A stretch of 64,000 bases of DNA from the human T2T-CHM13v2.0 reference genome, Homo sapiens. The notes below the pieces were generated by a model. It had not been told where the DNA came from and made no database searches. It was given only the letters and a program-made list of their open reading frames with translations. Shown here in pieces: positions 40,880-54,559 of the stretch. The stretch lies in the NCBI RefSeq assembly GCF_009914755.1, contig NC_060940.1; one strand, 5' to 3'. The translations under genes and the position numbers were made by a program. Positions within the stretch are counted from its first letter, which is position 1, and each line of letters begins with the position of its first letter.

Positions 40880-43800
40880 GGAGAAATTATATCTTGACAA
40901 TATTGAGATTTTATGTTCATGCACATTAAATGTCTTTCTATTTATTAAGATCTTCTGTGATCTTTCATGGCTCTTTCATTAGAAATTTGTAGTTTTCATT
41001 GTATATAGATCTGTGTGTCACAAAGGTCTATATGACAAAACTGAGACAAAGACAAACTGACGGATTCTTCCAGTTTTTGTGGATGGCTCTGGGCTGGGGC
41101 ATTCCTTTAACACACATGCATACTGTTGAAAACTTTGCTTCAGTCTTCACTTTCTGCTGAGCTGAGCCTGAAGGTCAGCCAGTGCTGAAAATGAGGGTCT
41201 TCTTGGGTCTTTAAGAAAATGTGTTTTTCGTGGTTATGCACAGAGTGCTTTGTCAATTTGCCAGCATACCTGGGTGCTTTTTAATAGCCTAATTTGTAAA
41301 ACAAAACAAAATCTCACGTTAGCTTTTTATTCTTGGCTTTATGTGACCTATTGCATGTGTCATCTGTAATCTGTTCTCCAGGGGGCTGCTGGCTTTCAGT
41401 TTCCTTAAAATACTCCCAAGTAACTCGTGCCAATTTTTTAAACTGATTTTTTTCTGACTTAGAGAAAAAAGAGAGCCTTGTTTCAGACCTTTGGATAGCC
41501 CTAATACAGATTTTAATGTAACAACACAATACTTTGCAAGTAAGACCTCCTCTTTTCCCTCTGGAACCACTGAGCAGAGGCCCATACTGGCAACTCAGGA
41601 TGTTGTTTTTAAGACTGCCATCGAGTAAGGGAAGGATTTGGGCAAGGACGTGTAAAAAGTCCACGAGGCTTTTCTCCTGTTCTTCATTGTTTTTCTTGAT
41701 TTTGTATTTACATGGTTGCTGTACAACTTGATGGTTTTCAACAGGTTTTACAACATCGTTTCTGACAGTTCTGCTTGTTTTTCCCTGTTTCTGTGGAGGA
41801 GCAGGTGTTTGGAGCTGTACATTCTTGCCATTTTGCTGATTTTACTCTCTCTGGGCTCTCAGTTGTACTTCGTTGATCTAAATGACTTTCCTTGTGTCAT
41901 TACTACACCATCTTGATTAAGGTTGCTTTGAGGCAAATTTTGAAGTTGTAATTTGTGAGTCCTCTTATTTGGCATCTTTTTAAAGATTTTTAAAGATATT
42001 CTTAGTCCCTTTTAATTTTATATGAATTTCAGCATCAATGCTTCAGTTTTTACATGGTAGTCACCTTGAATTCTAATTGTACTGAATCTAATTGTACTGG
42101 ATGTAGACTGTTTGGGGAGTTATTGTCATCATAATGTATTAAACCTACTGATTCATAAACATGGAATGGTTTCTCATTTATTTAGATCTTCAACCTCTTT
42201 CGATAAGGTTTGTAGTTTTCAGATTACAAGTTTCTTTCACATTTTTAAAAATTTATTTCTATGTATTTATTATTTAATTGCTATTGTAAATGGATTTGTT
42301 TTTGCCTCAACTGCATTATTAGATATTTCGTTGCAAGTGTATAGAAGTATAATTGATTTTTGTATAATAATTTTGTACCACTGACTTTGGTGAATACATG
42401 ATCTTGGTTGCTTCCAAGTTTTGTGAAAACTACAATTAATATTACTGTAAACTTTTTTGTGCAGGTTTTTGTGTGGACTTACATTTTCAATTCATTTGAG
42501 TAAGCTAACCTTTAGGAATTTGTTTGGAGTTCAGAAGACACCACCCTGCCACATAGGATCGAGTTAAGAAAAACTCATTTTGTGCAAATCAAGTTTATGT
42601 GGGCCTATGATGAGGTTCATGGAAAAGCACTGTGTATAGTTGTGTGAATTTGAGCCCAGTGATTTATTATGTATTAATCTTGCCCTGTGTAGCAGATGTT
42701 CTAGGAGGTGCTGCAATGACTAAAACAAAACAAATAATTCTGCCCACTTGAAGCTGATATTCTAGGAAAGAATAAATATATAATACAAGTAAAATAAACA
42801 ATGTGTAAGATAGTGGTTACTGCTAATGTGGGAGGAGAGTGTGGTAAAGAGAGCAGAGGTCTAAACTGGGTGTCTCTCTGAGCATTTATTTGTGTGTTTC
42901 AGCTGCTAACTCTGACAGTTAGCAAGCTTGTGTGTCTTTGTCTGCATGTATCCACCTTTACGTGCAGTGAAAAGTCTGCTTTTGTATTTATGCCTGGGTG
43001 CTATGTGTGTATTTGCTTTGAAATCACTAATACTTTTATGTTCTTGCCTAATTTCCTAGCTAACAGCTTTTTTTTACCATGTTGAATAGATGTCGTGAGA
43101 ACAGACATCTTTGTCTTATTTCTGATCTTAGGTAGAAAGCATTTTGTCTTTTAACATCAAGTATGATGTTAGCTGTGGGGTTTTTATAGATGTCTTACAA
43201 TATCTTTTCTATTTCCAGTTTATTTAATGTTTTTATCATGAAGAGTGTTGAAGATTTTCAAACCTTTTTACTTTGTATTTTCCCTATATTAATACCTTGC
43301 CAGATGTATTATTAGAGTATTGTTATGGAGTATGTTCTATTATTCAGAGTTGTCCTGTTACTCTATTGATAGTGTCCTCTGAGAGACAAATTCACTATTG
43401 ATGAAGTCATGTATCTATTTGGTTGTTGACTGAGCTTGCATCATATGCAAGAAATTATTCCCACATCTAATGGTATGAATATTTTGCCCTATCTTTTTTT
43501 TAATAGTTGTTCAGGTTTAAGTTTTTCTTTTAGGTTTTCGATGCATTTCGATTTCATTTTGTATACAGTGTAAGGTATAAGTCCAATTTTATACTTCATT
43601 ATGTGAATATCTAGTTTTCCAAGCAAATTTTTTTTTTCTGAAGACTTTCTTTTCCCACTGAATAACCCTGGCAACTTGTTAAACTATTTTATCATATATG
43701 TGAGGATACCTTTCTGGGCTCTATTTTATTTCATTTGTTTGTAGTCTCTATCCCAGTACCACACTGTTTTGAGTAACATGACTGTGAGTAACTTTTGACG

Positions 43801-44010
43801 TTAGGAAATTTCTCATTATGAAATTAGAGCTTTGAACATTTTTTTCTCTTTTTTTTGCGATCGTTTTGACTATTCTTGGTTCCTTGAGATTTCACTTGAA
43901 TTTTAGAATGTTAGTTTCTGTTTCCATTTAAAAAAAGTTATTGGGCTTTTGATTGGGATTGCACTGCATTTATAGATAATTTTAGGAGAAATTGCCACAT
44001 TAGTACTTTT
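40880..44010 (-). mobile_element. Old antisense L1M fragments
   Basis: L1 ORF2 remnants, e.g. minus-strand LLGKLDIH...IPYT..KSKCI.NL. Confidence 0.75.
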
Positions 44011-45019
44011 AAGAGAGTTTCCAAGATGGCTTACTGGATGCAGCCAGGAAGTGTTGCTCCCAAAGAGAAAGACCACAATTTTGACTACATCAACATAGTT
44101 TGAATAGATATTTGGAGAGAAAATGCATAGTGTGGATGGAGAAAAGGTGCGTTTTCTAAGACTGAAGAGCAAGGAAGCTGGGGTGCCCTTATGGGGTGCC
44201 TGAACGCTATGACTGCTTTTTGGCCCTGAGTGGCATCTGGGGAAGAAGTGAGTAAAGGGACTGGGAGGCTGCTCACTCTCGCTGCAGACCACTGGGATCC
44301 TGGCTGCAGGAAGCTCCACACCCCCATGGACATGTGAGTTGGCAAGGAGCTCTCCCTGGAGAGTAGATGGAGATGGAGCTGTAGCAGGCACAGAGCCAGG
44401 ACTTTTTATCATGGGTCAGATCTGGTGGAGCTCAACCATAAAGTCCCACCTCCGTGGCTGCCTATCTCTCTCAGAGGCTTTGGCCCCAGCTAAACTGCAG
44501 GGAGAAAGCAAGGCCTGCTTACCCGCAGGATTGGGACATGTCTATCCTGTAGGCATGCCTGTCCACCAGCCTCTTACATGGCCCCTGCCTGGCTTCCTGG
44601 GAGAAGCATGTATACATTGTAGTTTCTGCTACCCAACCTGGATGCTTGGCTCCACCTGAATGCATTCTGGCGGCCCAGAAATCCCTCAGATCCCTCACCA
44701 CACTTGGAACCTGGCCCTAAGCATCAGGAAGAGGGAGTCATAAGCAAGTCGTGGCACTCCAGTGCTGTGGCCTGTGGTTCAGGAGTGCCAAGCTGGGATC
44801 TGTGCTGGGCAGTTGAATGGGGGAGGAACCCACACTCTTCAGAAACTGAGAGGCCAGATTCACACAGGTTCACAAGCTGGCGTGGGCCCTAGGCACACCT
44901 CCTTCCACAGGGCTGTTATGGTAAAGATGCAGGGTATTTTTCTAGAAGACATCTCCCTGAGGGAGCCCCACAGCTTGAAACACCTAACAACAATGACAAT
45001 AATGATAATGATAGTAATA

Positions 45020-45324
45020 GGCCGGGCGCGGTGGCTCACGCCTGTAATCCCAGCACTTTGGGAGGAGGAGGCGGGCGGATCACGAGGTCAGGAGATCGAG
45101 ACCATCCTGGATAACACGGTGAAACCCCGTCTCTACTAAAAATACAAAAAAATAGTCGGGTGTGGTGGCGGGCGCCTGTAGTCCCAGCTAGCCGGGAGGC
45201 TGAGGCAGGAGAATGGCATCAACCGAGGAGGCGGAGCTTGCAGTGAGCCGAGATCCTGCCACTGCACTCCAGTCTCTGGGCGACAGAGCGAGACTCCGTC
45301 TCAAAAAAAAAAAAAAAAAAAGGA
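45020..45324 (+). mobile_element. AluY
   Basis: CpG-rich dimer with gatcgagaccatcctgg and gagcttgcagtgagccgagatc; 16-bp TSD GATAATGATAGTAATA. Confidence 0.95.
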
Positions 45325-46304
45325 GATAATGATAGTAATAATAATGGGCATAGTGCCAGTGATTGGAAGTGAGTCTCTCAAGACTCATGAACAGACCTGT
45401 ACCACAGAACATAGTTGCAAATAAAGAAGATACACAAAGGAACTGCATGGTAAAGAACCTATCTACATCCCACTGCTCTCAAGTGCTATCTACTGGATCG
45501 CAGTAGAGATTACACCACCAAAAATCACTTTACTAATTCTTCCCCTGTGAAACCAAGAGCAAGAATTCAACAACAAAGACACTGTACAGAGTCCTAGTCC
45601 TCTGAAAACCTTCAAAAAAAGAAAGCCAATAGACTATACTCAATTTATGCCCCAATTAGAGGTATACCAGTTCTCTCAGATGAGAAAGAATTGGCTCAAA
45701 ATCTCTGGCAATGCAAAAAGCCAGAGTGTCTCCTTCAAGAGAGCCCACTAGTGCCCCAGTGATGGTTTTTAACAGTCTGAATTGTCTAAAATGACAGACA
45801 TGGAAAAAAGAGCAGGGAAACTCATTTAAATTGAGAAGAAAGTTGAAACTTAACCCAAGGAAGCCAAGCAATCCGGTTAAATGATTCAAAACCTGAAAGA
45901 TAAAATAGCAATCTTAAAAAATATCTAAACTAAAAAATTCTTGAGCTGAAAGATTTACTGTGAGGATTTTATAATAAAATCAGAAGTATTTCCAGCAGAA
46001 TAGACTAAACTGAGAAAAGAATCTCAGAGCTCACTGTTTTATTGAATCAACATAGTCAGACAAAAATAAAGATAAAAGAATTAAGAAAAATCAACATCCC
46101 CATTGAGAAATATGAGATTACTTAGAGAACAAATCTACAATTTATCAACATTTCTGAGAGAGAAGGAAAGAGAATAGGCAAGTTGGAAAATATGTATGAA
46201 GATATAGTTCATGAAAGTACCTCTAATCTCACTAGCGAGGTTGCCATTCAAATCCAAGAGAACCCCAGTCAGCCCCTAGTCAGATACAATAATATATGAC
46301 AGTC

Positions 46305-46714
46305 TGTATTAGTCAGTTCTCACATTGCTATAAAGAAATACTTGACACTGGGTAATTTATAATGAAAAGAAGTTTGGTTGGCTCACAGTTCTGCAGGCTG
46401 CAGCGGAAGCATGCAGCATCAGCTTGGCTTATGGGGAGCCCTCAGGAAACTAACAACCATGGCAGAAGGAAGAGGGGGGCAAGTCATCTTACATGGAAGA
46501 ACAGGAGCAACACAGAGAGCGAGGAGGTGCTACCCATTCTTAAACAGCCAGATCTCATGAGAACGTTATCGCGAGACAGCACAAGGGGCTGGTGTTAAAC
46601 CATTCACAAGGATCTATCCCCATTATCCAATCACCTCTCAGCAGGCCCCACCTCCAACATTGAAGATTACAGTTCCACATGTGATTGGGGCAGAATCACA
46701 GATCCAAACCATAT
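46305..46714 (-). mobile_element. MSTA-type MaLR solo LTR inside the L1
   Basis: tgtattagtcagttctcacattgctataaagaaatac...atccaaaccatat. Confidence 0.85.
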
Positions 46715-49700
46715 TGCTATTTCCATGTCACATAGTCATCAGATTCACCAAAGTCAGTGCAAAAAAAAATTTAAGATCAGTTAGAGAGAAAGGGCAGGTT
46801 ACTCACAGAGTGAATTCCATCAGACTAGCAGCAGACCTCTCAGCAGACTCCTTGCAACCAGAAGAGGTTAGGGGCCTATCTGCAGAGTTTTTAAAGGAAA
46901 AAAAAATTAACCAATAATTTTATATCCCTCTAAACTAAGCTTCATAGGTGAAAGAGGAAAAAAAAATTCCTTTGACAAGCAAATGCTGACGTGATACATT
47001 TAAACTAGACCAGCCTTACAAGAGGTCTTTAAGGTAGTGCTAAACATGGATTCAAGTGAATGATATCTGCTACCAAAAAAGCTCACTTAAGCACATAGCC
47101 CACAGGCACTATAAAGCAATAATGCAATCAACTCTACATAACAACCAGCTAACAACATGATGGTGAATTCAAAATCACACATATCAATACTCACCTAACA
47201 TGTAAGTAAGCTAAACACCACAGTTAAAAGACACAAAGTGGCATCCTGGATAAAAAGACAGTACCCATCCATCTGTTGCTTTCAAGACACACCCTTTGCC
47301 TCAGAGTAAAAGGGTGGAGCGTATTCTACCATGCAAACGAAACAAAAACAAGCAGCAGTCACTATTCTTATATTAGATAAAACAAATTTAAACCAAAAAA
47401 AAAAAAACACTAAGAGGGACAAGAAGAGCATTTTGATAAAGGGTGCAATCTAACAAGAAGCCTTAACTATCTTAAATATATATGTGATTACCACTGGAGC
47501 ATCCAAATTCATAAAATGACTTCTTCTTTGCCTACCAATGAAAAGAAGAATAACAAGGGCATATTGATAAAGGATAAAATCCTGTGAGAAGCCTTAAATA
47601 TCTTAAATATATATACACTTAATATTGGAGCACCCAGATTTACAAAATGACTTTTTCTTTCCCCACAAAAAGGCTTAGACAACATCACAATAGTAGTAAG
47701 AGTCTTCAACACCCTACTTACAGCATTAGACATATCACTGAGGCCAAAAAAAAAAAAAAAAAAAACTAACAGGAAAACTCTGGAGTTAAACTCCACACTT
47801 GACCAATTGGACCTAATAGACATCTATTGAAAACTCCATCGAACAACCACAGAATGTACATTTTTCTCATCTGCACAAAAAAAAATTCTAAGATCAACCA
47901 CGTGCTCAGTGATAAATAAAGCCTGAATAGATTAAGGAAAAATGAAATCTCACCAAGCACACTGTTGGAGCACAGTACAATAAAAAATACAAATGCATAC
48001 CAAGATCTCTCAAAACTACAGAAATACATGAAAATTAAACAACTTACTCCTGAATAAATCCTTTGTAAACATCAAAGTAAGGCAGAAATATAAAAATTAC
48101 TTGAAATTGATAGAAATAGGAACACAACTTACCAAAATTTCTAAGATGCAGCCAAAGCAGTGTTAAGAGAAAACTTTATAGCCCTAAATGCCTTTATCAA
48201 GAAGTTAGAAATGTCTCAAATTAACGATGTAACTTTGCACCTAAAGGAACTTGAAAAAAAGAACCAACCAACCCCAAAGCTAGCATGAGAGAAGACATAA
48301 CAGCAATTAGAGAAGAATTTAATGAAGTTGAGATGCAAAAATGTATACAACAGTCCAAGAAAACAAAAAATTGGTTCTTCAAAAAAAATTGATAAGCTCC
48401 TAGCCAAATTAACAAATATAAAAAAGAAAGAGAAGATCCAAATAAGCACAATAAAAATGACAGGTTATATTAGAATGGATCAGATAGAGATACAAAAGAT
48501 CCTCAGCGAGTACTATGAACAGCTCTGCACGCAAATTAGAAAATCTGGAGAAAATGAATAAATTCCAGGAAGCACACAGTCTCCCAAGATGGAATCAGAA
48601 AGAGATCAAAACTCTAAGTAGACTAATATCAACTTCTGACATTGAGTCAGTACTAAAGAACCTACCAACAACAACAACAACAACAAAAAGGCCTGAAACA
48701 GGTAGATTGGCTGCTGAGTTTTACCAGACATACTAAGAAGAAATGATATCAATCCTACTAAAATTATTTCAAAATATCGAGGCGGTGGGGCTCCTTCCTA
48801 ACTCATTCTTTGAAACCAGCAGTAGCATGATATGAAAATCTGGCAGAGACACTGTGAAAAAACAAAACTTCAGACCAAGATCCCTCATGAACAGAAAATG
48901 TAAAAATCCTCAACAAAATACTAGCAAACCAAATTCAGCACCACATCAGAAAGGTAATACACCATGGTCAAGTAGGCTTTATTCCTGGGATGCAAGCTGG
49001 TTCAACATATGCAAACCAATAAATGTGATTCACCAGCTAAATAGAATCAAAAGTAAAAACCATATGATTTTCTAAACAGATACACAAAGGTCTTCTTAAT
49101 AAAATCCAACACTACTTCATGGTAAAAATCCTCAATAGACTAGGCATCCAAGGAACATACCTTAAAATAATAAGAGTCATCTATGGGAAACCCACAGTCA
49201 ACATCATACTCAAAAGGTTAAAAACTTAAAACTATTTCTATGAGAACTGAAACAAGACAAGGATGCTCACTCACAGCACTCCTATTCAGCTTAGTACTGG
49301 AAGTCCTATGCAGAGCAATCAGGCAAGAGAAAGAAAAAGTAACGAAACAGGAAAAGAAGTCAAACTATCTCTCTTCGCTGAAAATATGATCCTATGCCTA
49401 GAAAATCCTAGAGATTCTGCCAGAAGGCTCCTAGAATTAATAACTTTAGTATAGTCTCAGGATACAAAATCAGTGTAAACAGTACTGATTATGGTGAAAT
49501 AAGTAGCATTTCCATACACCAACAATGTCCAGGCCAAGAGTGAAATCAAGAACACAATTCCACTTAAAATAGCCACAAAAAAGAGAAATACCTAGGAATA
49601 CAGATAACCAAGGAAATGAAAGATCTCTTCAAGGAGAACTACAAAACACTGCTGAAAGTCACACACCTACAACCATATGATATTTGACAAGGCTGGCAAG

Positions 49701-50959
49701 AACAAGCAATGGGGAAAGGACTCCCTAGTCAATACATTCTGGGATAACTGGCTTGCCATAGGCAGAAGATTGAACCTAGACCTTTACCTTGCAACATGCC
49801 CCAAAATTAAATTTAAATGGATTAAAAATTTAAGTGTAAGACCTCAAACTATAAAAATTCTGGAAGATAACCTAGGAAATACTTTTTTGACATCAGCCTT
49901 GGCAAGTCGTTTTTGGCTAAGTCCCCAAAAGCAATTGCAACCAAAACAAAAATAGACAAGTAGGACTTAATTTGACTAAATAGCTTCTGCACAGCAAAAT
50001 AAACTATCAACAGGGGAAAGAGGCATCCTCCAGAATGGGAGGAGATATTCACAAACTATGAGTCTAACAAAAGCCTAATATCCAGACTCTATAGGGAACT
50101 CAAATCAACAAGCCAAAAAAAAAAAACCATTAAAAAATAAAAAATGGGCAAATGAGATGAACAGATATGCCTGAACAGAAGATATACAAGTGGCCAACAA
50201 ACATGAAAAATTGCTCAGCATCAGTAATTATCAGATAAATGCAAATCAGAACCACAATGAGGTACCATCTCATGTTAGTCAGAATGGCTATTACTAAAAA
50301 GTCAATAAATAACATGTTGGCAAGGCTGTGCAGAAAAGGAAACACTTTACGTCACTGGCAGGATTGTAAATTAGTTCAGCAATCGTGGAGAGCAGTCTCG
50401 AGATTTCTGAAAGAACTTAAAACAGAACTACCAATTTACCCAGCAATCCTACAACTGGGTATATACCCAAAAGAAAATAAATCATTCTACCAAAAAGACA
50501 TATGCACTTGAATGCATCACTGTGCTATTCACAATAGCAAAGATGTGGGATCAATCCAGATGCCCATCAATGGTATATTGGATAAAGAAAACCTGGTATG
50601 TATACACCATGGAATACTACACAGCTGTGAAATATAATGAAATCATGTCCTTGGTATGAACATAGGTGGAACCAGAGGCCATAATTTCAAGCAAATTAAT
50701 GCAGAAACAGAAAGCCAAATACTGCATGTTCTTACTTATAAGAGCTAAACATTGAGCATATATGGACATAAATATGGGAACAGTAAACACGGTGGACTAC
50801 TAAAGTGTGCAGAGGGGAGGGCAAGTTAATATACTACATATTGGTTGCTGTGCTCACTACCTATGTGCTCCAAACCTGAGCATTATACAATATTCCTACA
50901 TAACAAATCTGTGCCTGTAACCCCTGAATCTAAAATAAAAGTTGAAATTTTTTAAAAAG

Positions 50960-52150
50960 TCTTTTCACCTATGAACAGAAGATACTGTTCCATTTATTTG
51001 TACCTTTGATTTCTTACAGCAGCATTTTGAAAGTTTTTATTGTACAAATAGTTTGTCATCCTGGTTAAATTGATTCCAGAGCATTTTATTCTTTTTAATA
51101 CTGTTGTTCATGGTATTGTTTTCTTAATTTCCTTTTCAGATTAATCATTATTGGTGTGCATCAATGCAACTGAGTTTTGTAAGTTAATTTTGTATCCTGC
51201 AACATTACTTAATTTGTTTAAACTGTTTTGAGGTGTTTTTCTGTTTGTACAATCTTCAGAATTGTGTGCATACATGATTACTGTGAACAGAGATATTTCT
51301 ATTTTATTCTTTTTAACATATGCATTTTTGTCTTTATTTTATTTTTGTTATTGCTTAAGCTAAAGTTTTATATACTCTGTTGAGTGGAAGTGGTAAAAAA
51401 GAGGAACTATTTTTAGTTCCTGATATTAAGGGAAAACATTTTTTGTATTTCACTGTTGATTATGTTGTGTGTTTGTACCATGAATGAGTAATATCTTGTA
51501 GAATGCTTTTTCTGTGTAAATTGAGATATTGTGGTGTTTAACAGTACTAATGCGGTATATTATGATTATTTGTTTATTTATTTATTATTTATTTATTTTT
51601 AGAGACAGGATATTATGATGTTGTTTAGACTGCTCTTGAACTCCTGGACTGAAGTGAACCTATCACCTTAGCATCCTGGGTAACTGGGATTACAGGCACA
51701 AGCCACTGTGCCTGGCTACATTTATTGATATTTATATGTTAAAGCATCTTTGCACTTCAGTAATAACTCTCAATTAGTCTTGGTAGATAACCCTCTTATT
51801 ATTCTGCTAAATATATTTTGCTAATATTTATTTTATAGTTTTTATATTATTTATAAAGAACATTTTTCTTCAACTTTCTTTTCTTGTAGTGCTTTTGTTC
51901 ATTTTTTATGTCACTGTAATTTTGGCCTACCTCATAGAATAAATTTGGAAGTGTTTCTGCATCTTCAGGTTTTTGCAAGAGTTTGAGGATAATTGGTAAT
52001 TAATTCTTAAAATGTTTGATAGATTCAGCAGCATAACAGTTTTGTACTTTTTTTTTCTGGAGGGGTGATTTTTGCATCAATCTGCAACTATAGGTCTGTT
52101 CAGATTTTCTATTTGTTCATGACTCAGTGTCAGTACATTGTGTATTTCTA
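50960..52150 (-). mobile_element. Continuation of the old antisense L1M, with a FLAM/Alu monomer at ~51570-51717
   Basis: L1 sequence resumes where it was broken at ~44010. Confidence 0.75.
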
Positions 52151-53005
52151 CATATACATGTGTCGACTTTATCAACATTATTCAATTTCCTTGTGGTCTC
52201 TTAGAGACTTATTTAACAAGATCTGAGGCATACAGTTCTTTCAGTTGTATTCTGCTACCATGTATTTATTCTGCTGTTGATGTAGTGGTTATGTGAGAGC
52301 TTAGGCAAAGCACTCTATTGACTTATGCATTAGCCTCATTAAAACAAATCAAAACAAAACAGTGTATCCCTAGGCTGTGAATTTCATGAGGACTTCTCAC
52401 TCTTTACCTCTCTTAACTGGATCAAGAAGGTTAGAGGGGGATGGAATTGGGCATTTCTCTTACTCCAGGAAGTCTGGCTCTGGTAAAATCTCAGTTGGTT
52501 AGGCTTTTGATACATAGTTTATATTGAAGATAGGAATGTTAAAAAGAAAATTTTCTGGGAATAGTTAAAAATGGCTACATTTCCCTTCCTCCTACTGGAA
52601 TCAAGAAGCATTTTTTCTATCATCTTCCCTGTAAAAGCCATGTCATGTTTCTGAAAGTAAAGTTCATAAATTTGTATACCCTGAAAATGTTAATTCTCAA
52701 ACTTTTAGCCATTCATCAACAATGGTTTGTTTTCTTACAACTGTATTTGTTCCCATAGGGGTTTCTTGTGGTTTACTAACCAAGTAAGTTATAATTCTCT
52801 GGATGTGTGTGTCCTTCTGTCCAATTTGGGATGGTGATTTGCCCTGTGAACTTATTTTTCTGATACATGTTAGGAGAATTGCTGGCCTATGTTTCCCTTT
52901 TTACTTTCGCTGATGCGAATGTCACCTTCTACGTCCTTACTTGCCAGGCTGACCAAAAGGAACTATCTTCATTTTTTGATGGTTGTCTCTATTTTTAATC
53001 CTAAA

Positions 53006-53007
<2 letters not shown>

Positions 53008-53049
<42 letters not shown>
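53008..53049. repeat. (TG)n microsatellite
   Basis: Directly visible. Confidence 0.95.
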
Positions 53050-53052
<3 letters not shown>

Positions 53053-53664
53053 AAATAATACAGTAAGAGGAAACCTGGGTGGTCCCTTTTCTGGTACCAG
53101 CAGCAGATTGAAACCATTCAAACCCCTGTCCATGGGAATAAATTCTCACCCTAGCATGCCACCTACCCTCAATAAAAATCCAGGCCTGGCTCCTTTTCTT
53201 GCACATTCAAGCCATGTCAGATCACCTTGAAAGGCCTTCCTACTTACCTCACAAATGTAATTTATGTGAGTAGTAATTTCTTACCCTCTTAAAGCCACAT
53301 CTTTGCAAGTGACTAACAATTGGTGCCATGAGCAGACTGTTCAGACATTGCCCACCAACCTGAGGATCTGTCTTCTCTTGCTAAGTTGCTCTGCTGCTTA
53401 ATGTCTGGCATGTACTTTGACCTGCTGCTTCCGGAGGAGTTAGTGCTTTGAGCTGTGCCGCTCTGTTTATTGTTCTGCCAAATTTGTGAACTAAAAACTC
53501 AGACTTCCACATTACAGGGGGAAATGACACAAATCGTGGGGTTTGATTCAAACATAATAAATCTTTAAATTTTTATCATGCAATATAGTCACAAACGAAT
53601 GAATAAAACATTTATCATAAGTTTTAGTGATAATAATGAAAACATTCTTAGAATCATCAAGATT

Positions 53665-53870
53665 TATTACATATATTTATAATATATATAATTAATATAT
53701 AATATATAAATATATTTTATTATATATATTTATAATATATAATATATTATATAATATATTATATAATATAAATATATATAATAAAATATATATTATATAT
53801 ATTAATTATATTTATATATATAATTATATATATAAATATATATATTTATAATATTTTATATATATATATT
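53665..53870. repeat. Nearly pure A/T low-complexity (TA-rich) tract
   Basis: About 200 bp almost free of G/C. Confidence 0.95.
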
Positions 53871-54157
53871 TTTTGCCCCCGCCGCCGCATATTTTTGCCC
53901 CCGACGCCGAGGCTTTTTGCGGCTTTTTGCCCCCGCCGCCGCCCCTTTTTGCCGCCGCAGATTTTTGCTCCCGCCACCGCGGCTTCTTGCCCCCGCCGCC
54001 GCGGCTTTTTGCGGCTTTTTGCCCCTGCGGCATTTTGCTCCCGCCGCCGCCGGTTTTTGCCGCCGTGGCTTTTTGCCCCCGCCACCGAGGCTTTTTGTCC
54101 CCGCCGCCCCAGCTTTTTGCCCCCGCCGCCGCCGCTTTTTGCCACCGCTGCCGCGGC
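53871..54157. repeat. GC-rich tandem repeat (TTTTTGCCCCCGCCGCCGCGGC)n, CAAAAAG-type
   Basis: About a dozen tttttgcccccgccgccgc units, some with a short tttttgcggc subunit. Confidence 0.9.
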
Positions 54158-54159
54158 TC

Positions 54160-54559
54160 TGAGGGCGGGAGCAGCACACTCGGCTGCCGGCTCTACCGGC
54201 GTCCTTGTTCAGGCGGCGCCGGGGGGCGCTCCTGGTCCAGCTCTCCCGGCTCGGGGGTTCCTTGCCTAGGCGCCCGCGCCCCGGGCTCCCCGCCTTGGCC
54301 GCTGCGGCCTGCATAGAGCGGCGCTGCGCGTAGCGGCCAGGGGAGAGAAGAAGGAGGGCGGTGGCGGGGGTGATGTGGCGGCCTCTTTGGGAGGCGCAGG
54401 GGCCGCAGCCAGCCAGACGCTGCAGCAGTGTGGGCAGCTCCAGAAGCTTGTGGGCAGCTCCAGAAGCTTATCCGCATCTCCATTGGCAGCCTGCGCCGGT
54501 TGCGCAACAAGTGCGCTGTGTCCAAGGACCTCACCCAGCAGGAGATACGGACCCTGGAG
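54160..54559 (+). pseudogene. KSR1 exon 1 duplicate (KSR1P-type): 5' UTR and coding part 54309-54559 (N-terminal CA1 region), frameshifted by a 20-bp duplication
   Basis: [47 protein letters not shown] / [30 protein letters not shown]|gtaag vs KSR1 [77 protein letters not shown]; 251 nt = 77 codons + 20. Confidence 0.93.

Larger units (their letters stand above)
44014..50955 (+). mobile_element. Near-full-length but dead primate L1 (L1PA13-16/L1PB-type), inserted into an older antisense L1
   Basis: 5' start ccaagatggc, ORF1/ORF2 remnants ([38 protein letters not shown]), 3' end cctgaatctaaaataaaagttg. Many stops, an internal duplication near 47435/47563 and a deletion near 49658. Confidence 0.9.

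Noticed and set aside
44014-50955. Potentially active L1
   Set aside because: ORF1 and ORF2 are fragmented, with AluY and MSTA insertions, an internal duplication and a deletion
53824-54316. Overlapping Lys/Arg/Ala- or Pro/Phe-rich ORFs resembling histone H1 tails
   Set aside because: Produced by the GC-rich tandem repeat
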